DNA of 64,000 nt from Calditrichales bacterium. Its GTDB lineage: Bacteria; Calditrichota; Calditrichia; Calditrichales; J004. The stretch lies in assembly GCA_965267575.1 (NCBI GenBank), contig OZ254086.1:4224001-4288000 (forward strand), given 5' to 3'. Below are positions 38,220-49,376 of this stretch, in pieces. The notes below the pieces were generated by a model. That model did no database searches. It was not told the DNA's origin and saw only the letters and a program-made list of their open reading frames with translations. Within the stretch, counting starts at the first letter, position 1. Each line of letters opens with the position of its first letter. Both the position numbers and the translations under genes were made by a program.

Positions 38220-40067
38220 TTAATCAATGAATTCCCTGAACCATAGTTCTAGATGAATCCATTTCCATATTTCCTTGGAAATTTGATGCTTCTTATTAAG
38301 GTGCTTTTCATAAAGACGTTTGGCTACTTTATTATCTATGATTTCGCGGCTCTTAAATGAGTCGGATTCCAATATATTTGAGATAAAGTTTTTAAAAATA
38401 TCTTCTCTGAACCATTCATCTTCCGGTGTCATAAAACCGATCTTGTCTTTTCTCAGCCTTATTTCTTCCGGCAAAATACCACGCATAGCTTCGCGAAGAA
38501 TATGCTTTGTCCAGCCATTGTTAATAATTTTATGACTGTCACATGCCAGTGTCCTTTCAACAAGACGATAATCCAAAAACGGGACACGGGATTCCAGGGA
38601 AAAGTACATTGAGTTTCGATCTTCCCATTTAAGAAGATGCTCAAGTTTGTATTCAAAATGATCCATTAAAGATTTTGTAAGAGAATCAGAGTCATATAAA
38701 TGCCCCGCTATTGTATTGTTAGAAGAATAATTTTCAGCGAAGCTCTTATACAAATATCCCTTTTCCCCGACTCTTGCAGCCGTTTTTAATTTTGAAGGCA
38801 TCATAAAATAAGCAAAAGATTTTAGGCCGTAAGTATCTTTATGAAGGCTCAAATATTTAAATACTTCAATTAATAGAGTCCAAAGTTTTAATTGTTTTAA
38901 CAGATCTTTATAGTAGTAGCCAAAGAAATAGTGGTAGCCGCCAAGCTGCTCGTCTGCTCCTTGACCATCAAGTGTCACCACAACGTTTTTGCTTGCTAAT
39001 TCCATAACCTTGAATTGCGCGTAAGGGGCGGTACTTGGTATTGGTTCCCCGTGCGCGGCAACGAATTGTGGCAAATCCTCAAAAAGTGAATGTGCATCCG
39101 GGGTTGTAAAAAACATATTGTTCAATGAATTACTGTATGTTTTAATAAAGCTGGATTCATCCCCCGTTTTCCCGGCACCATAAACAGCAGAGAATGTATT
39201 TAAATCATGCTTTTTAAAATCTTTCAGCAGCACAGATACTATGGATGATGAGTCCAAACCACCGCTGAGACAAACGCCAACGGGAACGTCACTGCGCAAT
39301 CTTAGAGCAACGGCTGAACTAAATAGGGTTTTGTATTCTGCCGCATCAACAAAAGGCGAAGATGCTTCAACCCTGCTTTTTAAATCGTACCACTTTTCAA
39401 ATTGAATTGTCGGTTCCGAAGAGCCGTCGTTCGCTATTACGATTTTGTGGCCATGCTGAAGCTTTTTAATTCCCTCAAAGAACGTATCTTCAGTTTGGTC
39501 GGTGCGATTAAAAACCAGGTAGTCAAATATGGCCTGATTGTTTGGTTTTGGTTTAGTATCCAGAATGGACAAAATTGGCGGTAACTCAGATGCAAAAATA
39601 AGTCTTTTATCATCGCGATAATAATACAAAGGCTTGATTCCGAAACGATCCCTTGAAATAAAAAGATTTTTGGTGTGGGTATCGAAAATGCAAAAAGCCC
39701 ACATTCCATTGAATCTACTCAAACAAGCTTCACCCCACTTAAGATAGGATTTTAAGATAACTTCGGTATCTGTATTTGAGTGAAAGGTGTAGCCATAGCT
39801 TTCTAATTCCCTGCGTAGTTCAAGGTAGTTGTAGACCTCTCCGTTGTGTATAATCAGAAACCTTCCGTCATCATCAAACATAGGCTGGTGGCCGGAAGAT
39901 GATAAATCCAATATGCTTAATCTAACAAAACCCAAAGCCACATTTGAATGCACAAACGTACCTTCATCGTCAGGCCCACGATGCTTTAATTTTTTCATCA
40001 TGTGACTAACCTTAAATCCTTGAGCTTGGTCGTTATTTAGATTAATAATACCGCAGATACCGCACAT
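38220..40067 (-). CDS. asnB: Asparagine synthase-like glutamine amidotransferase
   Basis: MCGI N-terminus, HRGPD, NGEVYN, LSGGLDSS and ESRVPFLD motifs. Confidence 0.95.
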   Translation of the reverse strand: MCGICGIINLNNDQAQGFKVSHMMKKLKHRGPDDEGTFVHSNVALGFVRLSILDLSSSGHQPMFDDDGRFLIIHNGEVYNYLELRRELESYGYTFHSNTDTEVILKSYLKWGEACLSRFNGMWAFCIFDTHTKNLFISRDRFGIKPLYYYRDDKRLIFASELPPILSILDTKPKPNNQAIFDYLVFNRTDQTEDTFFEGIKKLQHGHKIVIANDGSSEPTIQFEKWYDLKSRVEASSPFVDAAEYKTLFSSAVALRLRSDVPVGVCLSGGLDSSSIVSVLLKDFKKHDLNTFSAVYGAGKTGDESSFIKTYSNSLNNMFFTTPDAHSLFEDLPQFVAAHGEPIPSTAPYAQFKVMELASKNVVVTLDGQGADEQLGGYHYFFGYYYKDLLKQLKLWTLLIEVFKYLSLHKDTYGLKSFAYFMMPSKLKTAARVGEKGYLYKSFAENYSSNNTIAGHLYDSDSLTKSLMDHFEYKLEHLLKWEDRNSMYFSLESRVPFLDYRLVERTLACDSHKIINNGWTKHILREAMRGILPEEIRLRKDKIGFMTPEDEWFREDIFKNFISNILESDSFKSREIIDNKVAKRLYEKHLNKKHQISKEIWKWIHLELWFREFID

Positions 40068-40069
40068 TA

Positions 40070-41254
40070 TTAATTATTCCAATATGCTTTATTGATTATG
40101 TTATCATATATCTTTTCTAATTCAACTTGCTTATTTAGCAAAGCAAGATGTCTGAGTGCTGATTCACGCGCACCGCGGCCAAGCTTGGCTCTTAATTTTT
40201 CATTACTACTTAATTTAATAATCCCCTCTGCAAGGCCATTAACATCCCATTCCCTAACCAAGATTCCTGTTTCATTATGAAATATTACATGGGGTATGCC
40301 ACCATGGTATGTTGAAATTACGGGCAATGAAGCAAACATTGCCTCAACTATTGCACCTGGAATGCCTTCCTTGTCTTCTTTTGTAGTCACTGAGGGGTGA
40401 ATAAAAATATCAGCGTTTTTTAATGCTCGTTTAAATTCAGATGAACCATATGGTACAGAACCGTGTAAATTTACATAATTTTTTAAATTTAAACGCTTAA
40501 TTTCTTGTTCTATCTTATATCTGTAGTGGCCATCGCCAAATATTGAAAGTTTTAGTTTCTCCATGCCCATATCTATAGCTCTCCTCATTGCTCTAAGCAG
40601 AAAGATGTGGCCTTTGACGGGATCTAAATAAGAGATTATAAGCAGTTGAATATGAGTTTTATTTTTATAATTGTTTTTCCTAAAACCAGGAAATAAATCT
40701 GGAACACCATGATAGTGAATAATAACTGAGTTATCAGGACAGCCTGCCTTTAGTAAATCTCTTTTCATTTCAACTGACATTGCCAAGACATAATTAACCG
40801 TTGAAAAAACTCTTCTTTTTAAATATACTCTGCCAATACCAAAATATTTTTTAGGAAATGAAAAAGCGTCATAACCGTAAAAGGATGTTACTGACGGTAA
40901 ATATGTTTGTTTAAGAAAAGGATAATAAATGCCAGTATCTGAACCATAATGGAAATGGACAATATCAACTTTATTATCTTTTAAAAAGTTATTTATTTTT
41001 AAGACAGCATCCTGAGAAATAATTTTAATAAACGTATAAAAAAACAGACCTTTAATATTGTGAGAAAATTTTATCTTTAGATTCAATATTGGAATATCAT
41101 TTTCATCAAAATATGAAAAACGATAATCTTTATCTTCAGAATCATACAGATATACGATAACCGGTTTATAACCTAAATGGTTTAATATTTGGTTTCGTAT
41201 AAACGATGAGTTGAGTTGGGAAGACTTTCTGACAAAGTGGGCAACCGTTTTCAT
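40070..41254 (-). CDS. Glycosyltransferase family 4 (WcaL-like)
   Basis: SFYGYD, KGH and EGIPGAIVEAM...LPVIST.HGGIP motifs. Confidence 0.9.
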   Translation of the reverse strand: MKTVAHFVRKSSQLNSSFIRNQILNHLGYKPVIVYLYDSEDKDYRFSYFDENDIPILNLKIKFSHNIKGLFFYTFIKIISQDAVLKINNFLKDNKVDIVHFHYGSDTGIYYPFLKQTYLPSVTSFYGYDAFSFPKKYFGIGRVYLKRRVFSTVNYVLAMSVEMKRDLLKAGCPDNSVIIHYHGVPDLFPGFRKNNYKNKTHIQLLIISYLDPVKGHIFLLRAMRRAIDMGMEKLKLSIFGDGHYRYKIEQEIKRLNLKNYVNLHGSVPYGSSEFKRALKNADIFIHPSVTTKEDKEGIPGAIVEAMFASLPVISTYHGGIPHVIFHNETGILVREWDVNGLAEGIIKLSSNEKLRAKLGRGARESALRHLALLNKQVELEKIYDNIINKAYWNN

Positions 41255-43089
41255 TAGTTAGTATTTTCGAGCCATATTTTTAGTGAAATAGCTCGATTAA
41301 AACGATATTTTTCATCAGAACTGCTTTTCCCTTTCTCTAGTGTTGTTTTAATATTTTTATTATTAAATAATTCACTACTTTGAGTAATTTGGCTTTGGTT
41401 ATCTTTATAAAAAATTTCTGACCATTTGTTGGAATCAAATGTGTCGTTTTTGATTTTTCTTGCCTTAAATTTACCATAGGATTTCCCAAAGCCAGCAACT
41501 AACCAACCTAAAAACCCAAACTTAAGCCATCCTGGCATAAAATTACGATCGAGCATTATATAGTTTAAAGCATTATTATTTAATGTCATTAAGTCTACAT
41601 ATAGATCTTGTCCTCTGCGTCTTTCAAGCTGGTTTGAGGCAAGAATACCCTTATAAATTCCTGCGTATTCAGTGTTAAATAGTGTCTCCAAATAGTCTAA
41701 ATCAGCAAAGGTAACATAGTCGTCTACAAACAAATCGACCAAATGAAACTCTGTTTGCCAATATTTCATTAAGCTTTCCTTTAACAGAAAAAAATAAAAA
41801 CGAATCTTTGGTGGAAGAAAAGAATACTCTGAAATATACCTATCCTTTATTTCTGTATATATAGCTTCAATAGGCTCATTTGATAAAAGAAAACTATCAA
41901 AATAAGTGTTTGATTTAAATCCAAGACAATGCTCCTTAAATGTTTTATAATCGTTAAAAAATATAGAATTGGAAAACCTATTAAAAATTACGCCAGCAGG
42001 GTTATTAAATAGAGGCCTTATCATATCACATTGGCCTAAAATACAGGAACGGCTATAATCCTTGATAATATTATAAGAATATGGATAAACAGCCCGATTA
42101 AAACCCGTTATTCCACACGTCAAATTTATTGCAGTAAGACCAAATTGTGAATAAACGTTTTCAAACGATTTATTGAGTAAGACAGGAAAATATTCAAACC
42201 CTAATTCATTAGATATCTTTTGCGGTATTTGTATTTGTCTGGAACCAGGCATACCATAACTAATCGCTCTCATTCTGAAATAATCTGAATTTTCAATTAA
42301 TGATAAATTTAGCCTACCATCAAAACCACCTGTTAACGAAATATTAAATTCATCAGTATTTGATATGTAATTATTTATTGAATTTTTTAGTGCACTATTA
42401 ATTGGCTCTAATGAGTCTTTTCTTTTTAACGGGCTTGAGATAAACCACTTCGCAAAGTCATATACAAGATTAAACTTGACAGAGTCGTTTTCTATTACAA
42501 TTTCATGGCCGCCTGGAATGCTTTTGATATCATTAATAATAGTTTTATTATATATTGTATGATCAAAAAGGCTAACCTCGACTAACGCTTGTTTGTTTAC
42601 ATTAAATGGAATGTATTCAAAAAAAGCATCGAAGTAGTTAGTAAAAAGAAAATGTCTGTCTTTATAATATAAAAATGAAGGATGCATGAACATCGGCGAT
42701 GAATATAAGCAGATTTTTTGTGATTTCTTATCTAGCAAAACGATATAATAGTTACCTTTAAGTATTCTATAATGATTCTTTCCAAACTCATTGATTATTT
42801 CGAATACTTCCCTAGGACAAGGCACTATACCTCTTTGTCTATAATCATTACGCCAAATAACTGATCCACCTACAAATAAAAAATATTTTTCATTATTATA
42901 AAAAGGATTATTCCAGTTCTTTTCTATAAGCCCAGGCTTTTTTCTATAATACTGAAGGGTCGTAAGGTTAATATATTTTTCGGGTTTGTACTTATTTTCA
43001 ATTTCTAAGTACTTATTTATTAGTTTATTTTGAAACGAGAAGTGTTTTTTGTTTTTCCCTGATGTATCGATTGATAAGAAATATCTCAT
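41254..43089 (-). CDS. Divergent asparagine synthase-related protein
   Basis: SLTGGFDGR resembles the PP-loop; IKSIPGGH; no N-terminal Cys. Confidence 0.6.
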   Translation of the reverse strand: MRYFLSIDTSGKNKKHFSFQNKLINKYLEIENKYKPEKYINLTTLQYYRKKPGLIEKNWNNPFYNNEKYFLFVGGSVIWRNDYRQRGIVPCPREVFEIINEFGKNHYRILKGNYYIVLLDKKSQKICLYSSPMFMHPSFLYYKDRHFLFTNYFDAFFEYIPFNVNKQALVEVSLFDHTIYNKTIINDIKSIPGGHEIVIENDSVKFNLVYDFAKWFISSPLKRKDSLEPINSALKNSINNYISNTDEFNISLTGGFDGRLNLSLIENSDYFRMRAISYGMPGSRQIQIPQKISNELGFEYFPVLLNKSFENVYSQFGLTAINLTCGITGFNRAVYPYSYNIIKDYSRSCILGQCDMIRPLFNNPAGVIFNRFSNSIFFNDYKTFKEHCLGFKSNTYFDSFLLSNEPIEAIYTEIKDRYISEYSFLPPKIRFYFFLLKESLMKYWQTEFHLVDLFVDDYVTFADLDYLETLFNTEYAGIYKGILASNQLERRRGQDLYVDLMTLNNNALNYIMLDRNFMPGWLKFGFLGWLVAGFGKSYGKFKARKIKNDTFDSNKWSEIFYKDNQSQITQSSELFNNKNIKTTLEKGKSSSDEKYRFNRAISLKIWLENTN

Positions 43090-43091
43090 AT

Positions 43092-44252
43092 TCAGCTTCT
43101 TTTAATTATGCGAAAGAGTCTTTTAGTCAAGTTTAAGTCTTTAATAAACGGTAAAGGATCGCTAATAGAAAATAAGTTTGTTGCGGCAATTGGAAACCAT
43201 GACCAGACAAACCTTGGCAAAGAAATTCCATATTTTTTGTGGTATTTTTTCCAAAATAATAAATCGGGAAAAAAATCAACCCATTTGCCGTTATTTTTAA
43301 GATTTGTTCTTGGCTTTTGACGACTATTATTTATATAATCAATCAAGATAGCTGGAAAATTAATACCACAATTTTTAGAAAAGTTTATTTGGAGCCATAC
43401 TCTAATGTTTGTTTCTATGTAATAAAACTTTTTATCTAATGCATTATATTTAAACTCAATATTAGAGAAACCAATTAAATTGTATTTTTGAATGAAGAGT
43501 CTTGCACTATTTTCAAGTTCATTTTGTATTACGGTTTCAATGCACGTAGCCGTTCCAAATCCATCTGGATATTGGCGCAGCTTTTTTATTGTATGTTGAA
43601 ATACATCACCATTAGGTAAAAGTAAACTGTTTACCTCATAGTTAAAATTATTATCACCAGTAATGATGTTTTGTATTAAAAAATTAACGCCTTTTGATTC
43701 AACTTTATGTAGATTTTTGTATAATTCTTCGCTATTTCTAACGACAATAACTTTTTCTTTAATAGCTTGCTTCCATTCCACCACATAGACAGGTTTAATT
43801 GCTAAGGGAAACTTTAAATTATTACCTAATTCTTTCTTCAATTGATTTTTTTCTTTTACGAAAAAAGGAACATTTAGGCCAATATCACTAGCCATTTGAA
43901 ACTGTACATCTCGCGTAACGATTTTACTTACCGAGGAATAATCAGGCTGTATGCAAGTACAATAAGTGGATAATTCATTCGAATATTTAGCAGCAAGTTG
44001 AACAAATTCATCACTTGTGGGGATCAAGAAAAATAATTTATTAGTCTTATTTAACCAAGCTAAAACAAATCTTATCCAATCACTTTCGTTAATGTTGGGG
44101 TTTGGAGTCGATACAGACTTAATAAATCTGGAGTAAAAGCCACTATTGTTTTTATTATAGTCCATACCATATATACTGTAAACTTTCCTATTAAAACACT
44201 TGGCCGTCATAAGAGCAGTATCATATAAACCGAATAGTAAAATGTCTTTCAT
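43092..44252 (-). CDS. ATP-grasp carboxylate-amine ligase (D-aspartate ligase-like)
   Basis: LIPTSDE, FPLAIKP, IQ.II.G, KLRQYP..FG and IEFK...YYIETN.R motifs. Confidence 0.8.
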   Translation of the reverse strand: MKDILLFGLYDTALMTAKCFNRKVYSIYGMDYNKNNSGFYSRFIKSVSTPNPNINESDWIRFVLAWLNKTNKLFFLIPTSDEFVQLAAKYSNELSTYCTCIQPDYSSVSKIVTRDVQFQMASDIGLNVPFFVKEKNQLKKELGNNLKFPLAIKPVYVVEWKQAIKEKVIVVRNSEELYKNLHKVESKGVNFLIQNIITGDNNFNYEVNSLLLPNGDVFQHTIKKLRQYPDGFGTATCIETVIQNELENSARLFIQKYNLIGFSNIEFKYNALDKKFYYIETNIRVWLQINFSKNCGINFPAILIDYINNSRQKPRTNLKNNGKWVDFFPDLLFWKKYHKKYGISLPRFVWSWFPIAATNLFSISDPLPFIKDLNLTKRLFRIIKRS

Positions 44253-44950
44253 TTATCAATTATTTTATCTAAAAAAAAGTCCGTAGTTGTTTGCTTTACA
44301 TGCTTTATTCCATAACGATAATAACCTGTAAACACCTTGATCACGTGATTTATACCCAGCAAATCATGAACCTTAACAGATATTTGGTTGTGCTTCATAA
44401 GCCACAGCCAAAATTTCGTGAAGCCCAGCTTTTTATGCTCATAAATCACGCAAGAAAGTAAATACTGATAATAACCTTTACTGCGGTAATTTTTAAAAGT
44501 ATAAACATCGTAAACGGTAAAACACCCTTTAACTAAAGGAATTTTTAAATTTATTTGGTTAATATTAGCACTTTGTGTTGAGGTAAATAAAAATGTAATC
44601 GGTTGGCTTTTCAATTCTAAAACATACAACGTATCTCCAGAATTAAATCTCTTTTTAACTTCTAAAGAATATCTCTCATCTAAAAATTGTTCCTCTTCTA
44701 TTCTTTTGTTTATTATGGGTTTAGATTGCTCAAAAGACGTATAAATCGTTAAGTTATAATCAGGTCTATTAGAAACATTTAATAATTGATGTTTTAAAAT
44801 ATTTGTCTCTATCAAATATATTATTTCGGCTTTAGTATTCCATCTTTTCATTATAAAGCTTATCGCTAACATTGGTACATAGATCATTAGATATGGCTTT
44901 TTTAATAAAAGGAAAGGATCTCTTTTAATCTTTTCAAGATTATTTAACAC
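44249..44950 (-). CDS. GNAT-like protein
   Basis: YT...YRSKG acetyl-CoA loop and N..S...H..LG pattern. Confidence 0.6.
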   Translation of the reverse strand: MLNNLEKIKRDPFLLLKKPYLMIYVPMLAISFIMKRWNTKAEIIYLIETNILKHQLLNVSNRPDYNLTIYTSFEQSKPIINKRIEEEQFLDERYSLEVKKRFNSGDTLYVLELKSQPITFLFTSTQSANINQINLKIPLVKGCFTVYDVYTFKNYRSKGYYQYLLSCVIYEHKKLGFTKFWLWLMKHNQISVKVHDLLGINHVIKVFTGYYRYGIKHVKQTTTDFFLDKIIDK

Positions 44951-45935
44951 CGTTATTCAACCAATCAATGTAAGGGCTGACTGTTGTTAGAAGTATTTTT
45001 TTTCGAATAGTATTAATATGCTGAAAAACTTCCGGTAAAATTCTATCTAAAAACTGCGAACTAAAAGAAGGGTGGAACCAAAAATTGCAAACAGTATTAG
45101 TGGACAAAGCTTTATCAATAATTTTTTTATACCTATAAATATGGTAATTAATGCTCCATTCTTTTCGGTAAGTAAACTCATAAGTGCGCTTTAATTCCCA
45201 TAAACCATTTTGATGTTTCACAGGATACCCCAGGATATTCTCAATATCTGTTTGATAAGACGAAAAACCCAATTCCACTAACTTTTCAAGGTTTCCAATA
45301 GTATGTCCCGGGTGTACAAAAGATTTTAATTCCACGTTAAGCTTTGAAGCTTCAGTAATACATTCTTTAATTTCTGCTTCAAAAATTGACGGATGACAGA
45401 CGCCGTCCCGGCAATCAATATGAGAGAACGTATGACATCCTATTTCATGGCCTACTTTTGAGTTTAGTATTTGACTAATTAAATCGGGGCAATACCATCC
45501 CGGTGCTTCTTTATAACTGGAACATGGATCGTATTCAAACCAATCTGAACCTTTATAACGCCAATGCTTATTTTCAAAGTGAGGTAAACGGGGCAGATTG
45601 GGATGCGGCTTGCCATTTTCTCTGGAACATTCCTTTAAAAATAAATGTCCTACAGTTGCCCAAGTAATTGGAATTTCAAACTTGTTAGATAACCCCAGAA
45701 TTTTTGGAATATTCTCTCGTTCAATGTCCCCTTTTTTTTGTGCCCTTTCGAGTGGGTTTTTTACGCTTTTTGAATAACGCCAGGCCCAGGCCAGCTCAAA
45801 ATCAGCTGTTATGGTTATAACAGCTTTTTTATTTGCAGGGATGTATTTCTTATAATTTATAGTTTTTTCGACCTTTGGGTTATTGCCCAAAAGGAATTTA
45901 ACTTTACTTAACTGTGCTTTTAGTTGCCTGCGCAT
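44940..45935 (-). CDS. Polysaccharide deacetylase family protein
   Basis: ADFELAW, TWATVG, HEIGCHTFSH and WFHP motifs. Confidence 0.85.
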   Translation of the reverse strand: MRRQLKAQLSKVKFLLGNNPKVEKTINYKKYIPANKKAVITITADFELAWAWRYSKSVKNPLERAQKKGDIERENIPKILGLSNKFEIPITWATVGHLFLKECSRENGKPHPNLPRLPHFENKHWRYKGSDWFEYDPCSSYKEAPGWYCPDLISQILNSKVGHEIGCHTFSHIDCRDGVCHPSIFEAEIKECITEASKLNVELKSFVHPGHTIGNLEKLVELGFSSYQTDIENILGYPVKHQNGLWELKRTYEFTYRKEWSINYHIYRYKKIIDKALSTNTVCNFWFHPSFSSQFLDRILPEVFQHINTIRKKILLTTVSPYIDWLNNGVK

Positions 45936-46984
45936 AATCGGGTGTAAATGTTATCCAGTTTCTTAAGATTTGTTTTATAAGAAAATTTGTTAAGAATAGT
46001 ATTTCTTGCGTTTGACACTATGTATTCTGACAATTTATTATCGTTTTTTACAGTTGTAACGATTTCAACAATGGCTTTATCATCTTTTTCATTTACAAGA
46101 AAACCATTAAAGTTATGCTTTATTATTTCAGGAGTACCACCAACATTTGTAGCTATTGGGACTAAACCGGCTGCCATATATTCCAAAACTGAATTGGAAA
46201 CACCTTCATTGTAGCGAGATGTTGAGCATAATACGCCGACCCTGCATTTGGCTAAATATTCTTCAACATTTCTTATAGCGCCCAGAAAATGAAACCTGGC
46301 GGCAATTGAATTGCCGAGATTATTGACCCATTGCTCAAACCTTGACCTATTCGGACCTTCTCCGGCAAAATATACATTATCGACCACATTATTTTTTACC
46401 AATATGATAGCTGCATTTATAAAAGTTTGGTGGTCTTTATAATCAGAAAAGTTCGCGACCATTATTATATTAAATTGATTTGAAGTTAGTTTTTTTGAAA
46501 ACCGCGTGGGGTTAATAGCATTGTACAACACTTCACCCGTGGTATTGTAATATTTCAGCCCTGCTAACGAATTGCTGATATTTAAACTGGAACCGGCTAG
46601 TAAAGTGCTTTTTAACCAAAATTCTATTCCCCTTTCGATACCTGCGTCCCGTACCGATCCGTCCACTAATTTTATTTTTAAAATCTTCGAGGGCAGATAA
46701 GCATAAAACGATGAAAGCATATCCCAGGTATGAATTATGTCAGGTTTAAATCTTCTTATAGGTTTCCAAACACTCAGTACCGGTTCAAGCCGCGTTGGTC
46801 TCTTTCTAAGTTCTAAAAAATATGCAACACTATTCTTTACTAGCTTACTGTAGTGTACATCTTTGTTAAAAGTTATAACCCCAATTCTATATTTTTCTTT
46901 GGGCAAGCCTTTGATAATCTCGACAAGCTGTCTTTCTTTTCCTCCGCCACGCAAACCATCCACTATGAATAATACGTTTATCAT
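45920..46984 (-). CDS. Glycosyltransferase family 4
   Basis: GGKERQ, KDH and EGVSNSVLEYMAAG..ATNVGG motifs. Confidence 0.92.
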   Translation of the reverse strand: MINVLFIVDGLRGGGKERQLVEIIKGLPKEKYRIGVITFNKDVHYSKLVKNSVAYFLELRKRPTRLEPVLSVWKPIRRFKPDIIHTWDMLSSFYAYLPSKILKIKLVDGSVRDAGIERGIEFWLKSTLLAGSSLNISNSLAGLKYYNTTGEVLYNAINPTRFSKKLTSNQFNIIMVANFSDYKDHQTFINAAIILVKNNVVDNVYFAGEGPNRSRFEQWVNNLGNSIAARFHFLGAIRNVEEYLAKCRVGVLCSTSRYNEGVSNSVLEYMAAGLVPIATNVGGTPEIIKHNFNGFLVNEKDDKAIVEIVTTVKNDNKLSEYIVSNARNTILNKFSYKTNLKKLDNIYTRLCAGN

Positions 46985-46986
46985 TT

Positions 46987-48222
46987 TTAGAACAAAAAAT
47001 TAGCCAGGCGCTCAGTGTATGAATAAGGATCAAAATAAGTATTGTACGTTTGGCGTGCGTTATCACCAATTTTGACAAGGTCTTTTTTCGGCAATCTAAT
47101 TATCTCTAATAGCTTTTTTGCAATGGAATCCTTGCCTAAATCTATACTTTTGAGGATAAAACCGTTTTGTCTATCAGAAAAGTACATAGGGATATCGCTG
47201 ACATCTGTTATCAGTGTGGGCGTTCCTGTCATGCAGTATTCTGCAAGTTTGGTGGAAAAACCATATCTATTTTGCATATTATCAGAGCGCAGTAATAACA
47301 GTAAATCGCATTTTTTCATTTCAGATAAGGCGATTTGATTAGGTACACTACCCATTAAGTTTACATTATCTTTTAGTGCATAGTTGTTTATTATTGTTCC
47401 TATTTTGTGTTTTGTCGATTTATTATAGCTACCAAACAAATTTAGAACTATTTTTGATTTTAATAGATCGTTAACAGAAATAGCCTTTAAAACATCGTAT
47501 ATTCTATCTTTGCTATCAGCGATTGCACCAAAGAAACCTATATTGAAATGTTTGTTTCCGTATGAGCTTTGAGGTTGCTGTTTGATGTATGCGCTTTTTG
47601 GAAAGGCTAATATAGGAACTCTTATACTGTTTGAACCAAATTTCTCATATAGTTTTTTAATATTTGTTGAAATTGCAATCACGCCATCAAAAGCGAACAT
47701 TAGGATATCCTTAACAAACTCAACTGGCAAAAGCAAAACCTGCAATACATAAAAAATGGCTTTATCCATTATCTTATGTGGTGCCTCATAATTAAGCCTG
47801 ACGGCGACATGCATTTCGTTTTTTTCTAAAAATACTTTTTGCTTTTTTAAAAGCCTTAGGTAGCCAATACTTATAAAATAAAGCGCTAAGCCACCCGGAT
47901 AATACAAAAAGACCGTTTGTTCGTTTTTATAGGAGAATTCGCGATATATTTCTTTTATATATTTTATACTTGCTTTAAAAGGGAAATCTTTTAATAAAAG
48001 CGTGTAAATTTTGGAACTGGCTTTTAATTGATTTTTTAGAGTGCCTTGCTTCTTAAGCTCTAAATTCTCGTCCAAAGTGAAAAAGCTCTTTTCTAATATG
48101 GAGGTAAATATAAATTCAATATTTTCGGCTTTTAAGCTGATAGCGTAATTAATCATTCTGTTAATTGCCGCGTAATTCCTATTCTCAAAAGTAAACGCGG
48201 AAATTAATACAACTCTTTTCAT
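46987..48222 (-). CDS. Glycosyltransferase (GT4-like)
   Basis: GFSTKLAEY..TGTP..TDV motif. Confidence 0.8.
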   Translation of the reverse strand: MKRVVLISAFTFENRNYAAINRMINYAISLKAENIEFIFTSILEKSFFTLDENLELKKQGTLKNQLKASSKIYTLLLKDFPFKASIKYIKEIYREFSYKNEQTVFLYYPGGLALYFISIGYLRLLKKQKVFLEKNEMHVAVRLNYEAPHKIMDKAIFYVLQVLLLPVEFVKDILMFAFDGVIAISTNIKKLYEKFGSNSIRVPILAFPKSAYIKQQPQSSYGNKHFNIGFFGAIADSKDRIYDVLKAISVNDLLKSKIVLNLFGSYNKSTKHKIGTIINNYALKDNVNLMGSVPNQIALSEMKKCDLLLLLRSDNMQNRYGFSTKLAEYCMTGTPTLITDVSDIPMYFSDRQNGFILKSIDLGKDSIAKKLLEIIRLPKKDLVKIGDNARQTYNTYFDPYSYTERLANFLF

Positions 48223-49358
48223 GTCTTTTTAATGCTGGCCCACCTGTTGCTTAACTTAGCCGTTCCCTGGATCAGCTTGAGCACACGCCATGATGTATTT
48301 TCAATTTCATATTCCTCGGGGATTTTCTCATATCTTGCTTGGGCAAATTGATCCACAACCAGCTTGATGCTGTCCAAAACAACTGCCTTGTTAAATCCGG
48401 TCAGCACGATTGTACCGGCATCCAGAGCTTCCGGGCGCTCCATGGAATTGCGTAGCGTGATGGCCGGAAAGTTCAAAATGGCTGATTCCTCACTTATGGT
48501 ACCGCTATCAGAGATGCTGCATTTAGCATGCATTTGTAGATGGACATAATCAAAAAAGCCAAATGGCTTCATGTATTGAACGCGCTTATTCAGGTTCATG
48601 TCCGGCAGTGCTTCCATCCGTTTACGGGTACGTGGATGCGTAGATACAATTACTTTGCAGTTGTAGTTGTTGGCCAGCGTATTCAGTATATCAATGATAT
48701 TGCGAAGGTTGCCTTCGTTGTCAACGTTTTCTTCGCGATGCGCGGAAACGATAAAATAATCGCCCTTTTTTAAGGAAAGATTTTTCAAAATTTCCGATGA
48801 TTCTATTTTCTTGCGATGCGCTTCCAGAACTTCTTTCATGGGAGATCCGGTCAGGTAAATACGCCGGTGCGGCAGTCCTTCGGAAAGCAAATGACGCCTG
48901 GCGTGCTCCGTGTAAACAAGATTGAAGTCCGCCAGGTGATCTATCACGCGCCGGTTAATTTCTTCCGGGACGTTGAAATCAAAACAGCGGTTCCCGGCTT
49001 CCATATGGTAGATGGGAATATGCATCCTTTTTGCCATGTACGCGGCAAGGCAGGAATTCGTATCACCCAAAACAAGAACGGCATCGGGCCTTTCTTCCTT
49101 CAAAACCTTCTCAGATTTTTTTATGATGTCCCCAACGGTAGCACCCAGACTTGTAACATCGGCGTTGAGAAAGTGGTCCGGTTTGCGTAGTTCAAGATCT
49201 TCAAAAAAGACCTGGTTTAGCTCATAATCATAGTTCTGGCCGGTATGCACAAGATTATGATTCACATATTTATCGAGTAATCGAATTGTCGCCGAGAGAC
49301 GTATGATCTCCGGGCGTGTACCGACAAACGTTAATACTTTTATCTTTTCCATGGGCAT
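48219..49358 (-). CDS. fnlC: UDP-N-acetylhexosamine 2-epimerase, FnlC/WbjD/CapG type
   Basis: GTRPEIIRL, HTGQNYDYEL, GDTNS, HMEAGNR and SDSGTI.EE motifs; follows fnlA/fnlB. Confidence 0.9.
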   Translation of the reverse strand: MPMEKIKVLTFVGTRPEIIRLSATIRLLDKYVNHNLVHTGQNYDYELNQVFFEDLELRKPDHFLNADVTSLGATVGDIIKKSEKVLKEERPDAVLVLGDTNSCLAAYMAKRMHIPIYHMEAGNRCFDFNVPEEINRRVIDHLADFNLVYTEHARRHLLSEGLPHRRIYLTGSPMKEVLEAHRKKIESSEILKNLSLKKGDYFIVSAHREENVDNEGNLRNIIDILNTLANNYNCKVIVSTHPRTRKRMEALPDMNLNKRVQYMKPFGFFDYVHLQMHAKCSISDSGTISEESAILNFPAITLRNSMERPEALDAGTIVLTGFNKAVVLDSIKLVVDQFAQARYEKIPEEYEIENTSWRVLKLIQGTAKLSNRWASIKKT

Positions 49359-49376
49359 GCTTTCAGAAAATCTTTA

